DNA of 11,446 nt. It comes from Candidatus Aenigmatarchaeota archaeon (lineage in GTDB: Archaea; Aenigmatarchaeota; Aenigmatarchaeia; CG10238-14; SCSR01). Position 1 is the first letter of the stretch. Each line of letters opens with the position of its first letter. Location: the NCBI GenBank assembly GCA_039091335.1, contig JAWCME010000012.1, positions 1-11,446 on the forward strand, read 5' to 3'. This document shows, piece after piece, positions 1-5,982 of the stretch. The translations under genes were made by a program, and so were the position numbers. Under the pieces are notes generated by a model. It saw only the letters and a list, made by a program, of their open reading frames with translations. It made no database searches and was not told where the DNA came from.

Positions 1-139
1 GCACAACTTCTACTCTACCATCAACTAAATTTCTTATCCACCCTGTTACATTATTTTCTTTTGCCCTGAGTTTGGTATGATATCTAAAATTTACACCCTG
101 TACAACCCCACTGATAATCAAATGAGCTCTTACTTTCAT
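1..139 (-). CDS. acyP: Acylphosphatase, 5' part (runs off the window's left edge)
   Basis: Not in the ORF track. Manual translation from ATG at 139 gives [46 protein letters not shown], with the acylphosphatase signatures G-x-V-Q-G-V-x-F-R and G-W-[IV]-R-N-x-x-D-G-x-V-E. Confidence 0.95.
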   Translation of the reverse strand, partial: MKVRAHLIISGVVQGVNFRYHTKLRAKENNVTGWIRNLVDGRVEVV

Positions 140-243
140 TTTCTCTTTCTTAAGATATTTTAATTTTCAAAAAACATATACCACTGATACTTCTCTTTGT
201 TATTGAAAACCCCAACAGTGTTTTTCCTCACTGTACCAACAAT

Positions 244-1110
244 CTACTTAACTATTACAGTTTCTTCTGTCTGGGCAACAAGTGAGCCACTTTCTTCTTT
301 TAAAACATAGTAGGGCCTTAGGGCATTGATTTCAATCAATTGTCTTAACGCAAGCTCAAGTTTAATACCCCTTGCTATGTCGCTCACCCACCTTTTGGCA
401 AAAGGCATGCCAAAGAATGTGTTTTTTGCCTTTTCTAAAATTTTTCTTGCTTCCCACAGCCTTACTGGTTTATCTCCCTCGTATTTATATATTAAAACAT
501 TGCTAGACTCTTTCACGATACCACTTCCATTTGTTGTAAAAACCTCAATTGCTATAACTTGGCCTTCGTCTATCTTTTCTTGAATATTGTTTTTGCAATT
601 TGGTATGGTTGGTTTAGTATGTTGAACAAACCTTTCTAGACCATGTCCAGATAGGTTATAGATTGGCTTTACTCTATATTCGTTTACAGTATTTTCTATG
701 ATTTCAGAAATTTCACAAACCTTTATGCCTGGTCTGATTGATTTTATCGCGTTCTCAACAGCTTTTTCGGAAGATTTTATCAAATCATTTTTATCTTCTC
801 CTATACTTATAGAAAAGGCCCTATCCCAAATGTATCCATCAACATGAACACCAAAATCAATCTTTACCAAATCACCCAATTTTAAAACATAGGAATCATC
901 TATGTCTGGTGTATAGTGGGCAGCATTTTCATTTATTGAGATATTAACAGGAAAAGCCACACCACCTCCCAAATTTTTTATTTTTTCTTCGATTTTTTCA
1001 GCTATATCAAGAATTTTCATATTTTCCTTCACGAGTGGTTTTGCAAAAACAAGTACACTATCAGAGATTTTTCTGGCCTTTTCATAATTTTCTAAAATTT
1101 CTTTGTCCAT
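244..1110 (-). CDS. map: Methionine aminopeptidase, type II (archaeal)
   Basis: Motifs AFPVNISINENAAHYTP, KIDFGVHVDGY, NLSGHG, AIEVF and AQTEET supply the metal ligands D, D, H, E, E. The type II helical insert (PFAKRW) is present. The start is more likely ATG 1110 (MDKEILENYEKA) than the track's 1164. Confidence 0.95.
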   Translation of the reverse strand: MDKEILENYEKARKISDSVLVFAKPLVKENMKILDIAEKIEEKIKNLGGGVAFPVNISINENAAHYTPDIDDSYVLKLGDLVKIDFGVHVDGYIWDRAFSISIGEDKNDLIKSSEKAVENAIKSIRPGIKVCEISEIIENTVNEYRVKPIYNLSGHGLERFVQHTKPTIPNCKNNIQEKIDEGQVIAIEVFTTNGSGIVKESSNVLIYKYEGDKPVRLWEARKILEKAKNTFFGMPFAKRWVSDIARGIKLELALRQLIEINALRPYYVLKEESGSLVAQTEETVIVK

Positions 1111-1126
1111 AAAAAAATATTGTATC

Positions 1127-1140
1127 CTTAATTTAAAATC
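1127..1140 (-). promoter_or_regulatory. Putative TATA box for map (probably leaderless transcript)
   Basis: Minus-strand TTTTAAAT lies about 21-28 nt upstream of ATG 1110. The AT-rich background weakens this call. Confidence 0.35.
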
Positions 1141-1171
1141 TTCATTTTTAAAAAAACTTGACAAAAAGTTA

Positions 1172-1187
1172 CGATAAGTTTTTATAT
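1172..1187 (+). promoter_or_regulatory. Putative BRE + TATA promoter for the 599-aa ORF
   Basis: CGATAAG followed by TTTTTATAT about 45 nt upstream of ATG 1232, matching the archaeal BRE-TATA arrangement. Confidence 0.5.
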
Positions 1188-1231
1188 GTGAACGGTGATA
1201 TTAAACAATAGTTATTAGTTTTGGATGAAAC

Positions 1232-3031
1232 ATGAACGATATTTTAGATCAAGAAAATTTTAAAGAAGAAATTCAAAGAATAGTTGAACACACAAAAGAC
1301 GAGAAGTTGGTTGATTTAGTAAGAAAAGTGATAGAAAGGTTTATTGTTTTTGATAGAGAGTTAGGTACTGGCTTAACCAGAGATGCTGTCGAATACATTT
1401 CTGCAACAGCAGAAGAAACCAAAGATGTTAATTTGGTTAAATCGGCTATAAACTATTTTTTATTAGATGAAATAGTACACATAATAGAGAAATATAAGAG
1501 AAACAAGTTAAATGTTTCAGAAATATTCAGTAGCATCGGTGCAAATATACACAGGTTACTTACAGTTAGTTGTTCATCACAAAAACAGTATGAAGAAAAT
1601 TTTATAAAATATCTCAACTGGCTTGGTAACGGCTTTATTTCAAGATTTTTAAATTTTGTTGCAGACTTTCCGTACAATGGATGTACTCCACTCCAACAAG
1701 AAGTTTTCTCGATTTTGAATATAAATTTATCAAAAATTGATTTGTTCCTCCAAAACAGCATGAAGGTTTATAGAAAAAAAATTCCAATAGAAAAGAAAAT
1801 CATATTGATATCGCTTCTCACTCGCGTTTGTTTAGTTGATAAAGAGGGGTATATAGAATCAATTTTAACAAGCGATTTGAAAAAACTAAAAAACATTGTT
1901 GAAGATGAGTTGAATTTAAAATTACCAAACAACTACTCTCTTGTTTGTGGTATAAGCTTTATAAAAGACATGGACAAAGACCCAAACATTAGGTTCATTT
2001 ATGAGAAAACCGTAGAGTATAAAGATTTTGGTAAATGGTTTGAGCATGACGATGTGACTAGAAGTGTAATTAATGCTTTGGAAAAGAACGGTTTCAACCC
2101 AAAGATTTTTGTGAATAGTGGTAAAATAATTTCACAAAAAAAGGCAGATGGGGGGTTTTCTGACAATTGGGTCGATGTTTTTAAGAATATTGTTATTAAG
2201 ATATTGGGAAGCAAGAAAAACGAAATGTTACCCAAGATATCAATACCAAACCATTCACCCGGTTCAATATATAAACGAATAAAAAACGAGTATATTTTGG
2301 CTATAAATGGGGATAAAGAAGCAGCGAAAAAAGTCCTCTTGGATTTGAGTCAAATCATAAAAAACTCGTATCAAAGAAAAAAAATACCACAATCAGTCAA
2401 CAAAACACTCTTGGATATAGAAATGGCAATTTATATGATTGATTCAGGTCTTGTAATAAATTATAGAGGTGCAAAACTAACTGCAAGAGTTTGGAGAAGA
2501 AAGGTTCCACAAGATCTTTATGATGTGAACAAGCTTTGGTGTTGTTGGTTTCTTCCTCAAAATGAAGACGAGGAAATTGCTTTATTTTTCATAGACCCAA
2601 AAACAACTCTACTTCAATTCTATGTTCAAGGAATAGAAAACCCAATAGCTGTAGCATTCCTTTATGCTGGAAAAGTTGGAAATGAAAACGCAGTTCTTCT
2701 AGACACATGGGAAGGCGGTCCCTTTACTTATGTTTCTCTTGGTCAAGAAAAAATGTTTGAGTTTGTTTTGAATTCATTAATCAAATTCACAAAGAAGTGT
2801 GGTGGTAAAAAGTTGGTTATTCACTCCTATCCTAAATATACAAGAGCTAAGGAATTTGGAAATTTTTTAAGGGATAAAAAATTCAAGATAGAGAAAGTTT
2901 TCTTCGAGGCGATAGATTCAGAAGATACAGTACTACAAAAATATTCTAAAACCAGAAAACACCATCTCACAAACGCTTTTGGTGTAGGTCCTTTAAAGGG
3001 CGAGATAGATGCATTTGTTTTTGATTGTTAA
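1232..3031 (+). CDS. Hypothetical 599-aa protein: helical N-terminus, C-terminal alpha/beta domain with W-x-R...DL...CC and D-x-x-E motifs
   Basis: Long uninterrupted ORF with genome-like K/E/I-rich composition and a promoter-like upstream element. Its stop overlaps the convergent gene's stop by 4 nt. No confident family assignment. Confidence 0.85.
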   Translation: MNDILDQENFKEEIQRIVEHTKDEKLVDLVRKVIERFIVFDRELGTGLTRDAVEYISATAEETKDVNLVKSAINYFLLDEIVHIIEKYKRNKLNVSEIFSSIGANIHRLLTVSCSSQKQYEENFIKYLNWLGNGFISRFLNFVADFPYNGCTPLQQEVFSILNINLSKIDLFLQNSMKVYRKKIPIEKKIILISLLTRVCLVDKEGYIESILTSDLKKLKNIVEDELNLKLPNNYSLVCGISFIKDMDKDPNIRFIYEKTVEYKDFGKWFEHDDVTRSVINALEKNGFNPKIFVNSGKIISQKKADGGFSDNWVDVFKNIVIKILGSKKNEMLPKISIPNHSPGSIYKRIKNEYILAINGDKEAAKKVLLDLSQIIKNSYQRKKIPQSVNKTLLDIEMAIYMIDSGLVINYRGAKLTARVWRRKVPQDLYDVNKLWCCWFLPQNEDEEIALFFIDPKTTLLQFYVQGIENPIAVAFLYAGKVGNENAVLLDTWEGGPFTYVSLGQEKMFEFVLNSLIKFTKKCGGKKLVIHSYPKYTRAKEFGNFLRDKKFKIEKVFFEAIDSEDTVLQKYSKTRKHHLTNAFGVGPLKGEIDAFVFDC

Positions 3032-3294
3032 ATTTTTAATAAATCTTTGATTTTGTTCTTTAGTTCTTTCGGTACAAGTGCAGGGTGTTTTACAGCGAAG
3101 CAAAGCTTTTTTATCCTTGGGTTGTTTCTTTCAAATTTGAAGGTTATTAACCCTTTTTTATGTAGGTTAGAAAGCGCATTTCTAACATTCCCACCAGACA
3201 TCTTTAGTTTTTTTGCTATTTCATAAGTATTTAAACCAGGATTGCTGCAAACAAACTGATAAACCTTGTCTTCAGCCTTCCCATGTTTTCGCAT
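3028..3294 (-). CDS. Small winged helix-turn-helix DNA-binding protein (88 aa)
   Basis: MRKHGKAEDKVYQFVCSNPGLNTYEIAKKLKMSGGNVRNALSNLHKKGLITF shows the classic NPG-x-x-x-x-EIA-x-x-L...V-x-x-x-L-x-x-L-x-x-x-G-L-I wHTH pattern. The likely start is ATG 3294; the track's extension to 3579 is mostly antisense to the next gene. Confidence 0.88.
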   Translation of the reverse strand: MRKHGKAEDKVYQFVCSNPGLNTYEIAKKLKMSGGNVRNALSNLHKKGLITFKFERNNPRIKKLCFAVKHPALVPKELKNKIKDLLKI

Positions 3295-3328
3295 TATATT
3301 CCCCTGACAATTAAAAGATTTACCCCAG

Positions 3329-3346
3329 TATATAAAAATCTTTCTG
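3329..3346 (-). promoter_or_regulatory. Putative BRE/TATA promoter of the leftward wHTH gene
   Basis: Minus strand reads CAGAAAGA-TTTTTATATA, with the TATA about 35-44 nt upstream of ATG 3294. Confidence 0.55.
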
Positions 3347-3351
3347 TTTAA

Positions 3352-3368
3352 GAGAAAAGCTTTTATAT
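3352..3368 (+). promoter_or_regulatory. BRE/TATA promoter of the wHTH-amrS-sufT-fdx operon (leaderless geometry)
   Basis: GAGAAAAG-C-TTTTATAT, with the TATA 24-31 nt upstream of ATG 3392 and no Shine-Dalgarno in between. Confidence 0.7.
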
Positions 3369-3392
3369 TAAATACAACATATGTTGTATTTA
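3369..3392. promoter_or_regulatory. Perfect 24-bp palindrome, putative repressor operator
   Basis: TAAATACAACAT|ATGTTGTATTTA is an exact inverted repeat (12+12, no spacer). It fills the space between the TATA box and the first base of the start codon. Confidence 0.75.
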
Positions 3393-3652
3393 TGGGAAGA
3401 GTAATCACAGAACTTGAAAAGACAATCTTGCTTTCAGCGATGATTTTAACAAAGGGTGATGTTAAAAAAACCTTTAGAGAAGAAGATATAGTGTTTAAAT
3501 TCCCCATGAGACAAAGAAAAAACGTGAGGAGGTTTATAAAAAAACTGGTTAAAGAAAGATATTTAATTGAGTCTGACAAAAACTACAAGATTTCAGAAGA
3601 AGGTTTGAAGGTTGCTTCTGGACTCTTACACAAGGGTGGGACATTTGTTTAA
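3392..3652 (+). CDS. Small winged-helix protein (86 aa), probable regulator, first gene of the operon
   Basis: ITELEKTIL...VRRFIKKLVKERYL...YKISEEG fits wHTH helix 1, recognition helix and wing (L-x-x-x-x-Y-L...Y-x-I-[ST]-x-x-G). It has a promoter upstream and a 4-nt gap to the next gene. Confidence 0.8.
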   Translation: MGRVITELEKTILLSAMILTKGDVKKTFREEDIVFKFPMRQRKNVRRFIKKLVKERYLIESDKNYKISEEGLKVASGLLHKGGTFV

Positions 3653-3656
3653 GGTT

Positions 3657-4682
3657 ATGGGGGAAAATTTCAAGAAAGCGGTTTTTTGGAAAAAAGAAAA
3701 AAATGGTGTTAGATGTGAGCTCTGCGCTAGAAGGTGTTTTATCACAGAAGGAAAAAGAGGATTTTGTATGGCGAGAAAAAACATAGGGAACAAACTCTTT
3801 TCATTGAATTATGGAAAAGTTGTAGCTATAAATACAGACCCCATTGAGAAGAAACCACTTTACCATTTTTATCCAGGGTCTTTTGCTTTATCTTACGCTT
3901 GCGCTGGATGTAATTGGGCATGTGAATATTGTTGTAATTTTGACATAAGCCATGTTGAATCGCCAGAAACTTTAGGAACTAGGTTTGAGCCAGAGCAAAT
4001 AGTTGAAATGGCTGAGAAAGAAGATGTTAAAATAATTAGCCACACATATACCGAACCAACTGTTTTTTTTGAGTTTGCTTATGAGGTTGCTAAGCTTGCT
4101 CATAAGAAAGGGATAAAAAACACGTTTGTTACAAACGGTTACATGACAGAAAACCCCTTGAAAAAAATTTCAAAGTTTTTAGACGCCGCTACAGTTGATT
4201 TTAAGGCATCTGGTGATGAGGGGTTTTTAAAAAACCATGCCAAAGTCCCTTCGATAAAACCGGTTTTTGATACTTTAAGGCTGATGAAAAAATTAGGGAT
4301 TCATATAGAGATAACCAATCTCATAATTCCAAAAATTGGAGAAAGTATAGGTAGATTCAGAGAATTTGTTAATTGGGTCCTAAACAACCTTGGGCCAGAA
4401 ACACCGGTCCATATAATAAGATTTTTCCCAAGTTATAAAATGACAAATCTTGGTTCTACACCACTTTCAGCCCTAGAAAACTTTGTTAAAGAAGCTAGGA
4501 AGATCGGGTTGACATATGTTTATATTGGAAACGTTCCAGGTCATGGGTGGGAAAATACATATTGCCCAAATTGTGGAAATTTGTTGATAGAAAGGTTTGG
4601 TTTCGAAGTTAAATCCAAATTGACTGGAGAAAAATGTCCGAAATGTGGTAAAAAACTTAAAGGATTTATACTAGAGAAATGA
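3657..4682 (+). CDS. amrS: AmmeMemoRadiSam system radical SAM enzyme (PFL-activase-like)
   Basis: N-terminal CELCARRC...GFC, DPIEKKPLYHFYPG, radical SAM motif CNWACEYC (CxxxCxxC), TYTEP, VTNGY, and C-terminal YVYIGNV...TYCPNCG...CPKCG. Likely start ATG 3657. Confidence 0.92.
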   Translation: MGENFKKAVFWKKEKNGVRCELCARRCFITEGKRGFCMARKNIGNKLFSLNYGKVVAINTDPIEKKPLYHFYPGSFALSYACAGCNWACEYCCNFDISHVESPETLGTRFEPEQIVEMAEKEDVKIISHTYTEPTVFFEFAYEVAKLAHKKGIKNTFVTNGYMTENPLKKISKFLDAATVDFKASGDEGFLKNHAKVPSIKPVFDTLRLMKKLGIHIEITNLIIPKIGESIGRFREFVNWVLNNLGPETPVHIIRFFPSYKMTNLGSTPLSALENFVKEARKIGLTYVYIGNVPGHGWENTYCPNCGNLLIERFGFEVKSKLTGEKCPKCGKKLKGFILEK

Positions 4683-4698
4683 AATTAAAAGGTATTGA

Positions 4699-5004
4699 AT
4701 GGTAACTGAAAAACAAGTTTTAACGGCATTGAAAGAATGTTTTGATCCAGAGTTATCAATAAACATAGTTGATTTGGGTTTAATCTATGATGTGAAGGTA
4801 AACGATGGAAATGTAAAAATTGAGATGGTATTAACTTCACCAGGATGTCCGATGCGATTTTTTATTATAGAGGATGTGAAAGAGAAAATTTCAAAAATAA
4901 AAGGAGTTAAAAAAGTTGATGTAGAGTTAGTTTCAAGACCATGGTCTATTGATAGAGTTTCAAAAAAAGTTAAAAAGAAAATGGGGTGGTTATATGGGTT
5001 ATAA
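4699..5004 (+). CDS. sufT: SufT/MIP18 (DUF59, FeS_assembly_P) metal-sulfur cluster assembly factor
   Basis: DPELSINIVDLGLIYDV and LTSPGCP are the DUF59 signature, including the conserved Cys. SD-like AAGGT upstream. Confidence 0.92.
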   Translation: MVTEKQVLTALKECFDPELSINIVDLGLIYDVKVNDGNVKIEMVLTSPGCPMRFFIIEDVKEKISKIKGVKKVDVELVSRPWSIDRVSKKVKKKMGWLYGL

Positions 5005-5233
5005 AATTTTACATGATAGAAATGAATGCATAGGATGCGGCGCTTGTGTATCTACATGTGAAAACTTTTGGAGCCTTAAAAACGGGAAATCAAATCTTAA
5101 GGGTGCTAAAAAAGTTGGACAGAATTTTGAGCTTGAAGTTGAAGAACTTGATTGTAATAAAGATGCTGCTGAAGTCTGTCCAGTTAATTGTATACACATA
5201 ATTGACTTGAAAACAAACAAGAAAATCATTTAG
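4994..5233 (+). CDS. fdx: Ferredoxin, single-cluster [4Fe-4S] type (79 aa)
   Basis: CIGCGACVSTC...C-x-x-AAEVCPVNCI. ATG 4994 is preceded by the SD-like GGGGTGG and overlaps the sufT 3' end by 11 nt. Confidence 0.92.
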   Translation: MGYKILHDRNECIGCGACVSTCENFWSLKNGKSNLKGAKKVGQNFELEVEELDCNKDAAEVCPVNCIHIIDLKTNKKII

Positions 5234-5975
5234 ATTTTTTGCCAAACACTTTGAGCAAAAACCAACAACCGATCAAAAAAACACCAAGAGCAAAGAAAAT
5301 TAGCAAGATCGGTGAGAGCTGAGATAAAACCAAATCTAAGGTATTTTCTTCTACAGGCACCTCTTCAGGCAATTTTCCAAGTAAAAAAGTTTTTATATAT
5401 GGTAATAAGAAAAAGAAGACACCATAAGATAAAAATTCTATACCAAAAAGTTTGAGCCTGCCATTCCAAGTTTCAATTAATATAAGAAGAAGTGCTGCAC
5501 TTACGAGAGTGATAATAAACAATGGTTTAATTATTTCACCGATAAAATCATGTGCAGTTAAGCTAAAAAACACAACAATGTCTTCATTTGATTTAATGTT
5601 CCTTATACAATCAAGAAATTCACACCCATAATTCTTGAAGTAGAAACTATCAAAAGACTTTTCTGCTATTAAATAAACTAAATAAGTTGAATTTTTCCCT
5701 AAAAATTCAGAACATTTTAGGGTTATATTTTCGAGTATGGTAAAACTAGCGGTAGAGTTTCTTTCACAGTAGTAGGATAAGCTATTATATAGGGTTTCAA
5801 TTTCTTGTTTGCTTGCATTTTTAATTATCGCGTTCATATAAACAGAGATGAAAATATTTTTTGCGTTTTCATAGGTTGTGAGGTTGTATATAAATAAAGT
5901 TAAAACAGAAAATGTTAAAGAGAGGGAAAAAACAATAATCATTGTTGCCTTTCCTATATTTCTTAAGATTCTCAC
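5226..5975 (-). CDS. Hypothetical membrane protein (about 4 TM, Cys-containing extracytoplasmic loop)
   Basis: One N-terminal hydrophobic helix, a ~115-aa polar loop with 4 Cys and five N-x-S/T sequons, then three C-terminal hydrophobic helices and a basic tail. GTG start 7 nt after the polB stop. Confidence 0.85.
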   Translation of the reverse strand: MRILRNIGKATMIIVFSLSLTFSVLTLFIYNLTTYENAKNIFISVYMNAIIKNASKQEIETLYNSLSYYCERNSTASFTILENITLKCSEFLGKNSTYLVYLIAEKSFDSFYFKNYGCEFLDCIRNIKSNEDIVVFFSLTAHDFIGEIIKPLFIITLVSAALLLILIETWNGRLKLFGIEFLSYGVFFFLLPYIKTFLLGKLPEEVPVEENTLDLVLSQLSPILLIFFALGVFLIGCWFLLKVFGKKSK

Positions 5976-5982
5976 TTGCTCA

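Noticed and set aside
326..583. 85-aa plus-strand ORF
   Set aside because: Antisense shadow entirely inside map, with no motifs.
1453..2235. Minus-strand ORFs 1453-1761 and 1999-2235
   Set aside because: Antisense shadows of the 599-aa ORF, with the F/S/L-rich composition typical of the non-coding strand.
3295..3579. N-terminal 95 aa of the track's 183-aa ORF
   Set aside because: It overlaps the promoter region and the opposite-strand 86-aa gene; the wHTH fold begins at ATG 3294.
4999..5229. 76-aa minus-strand ORF
   Set aside because: Antisense to the ferredoxin.
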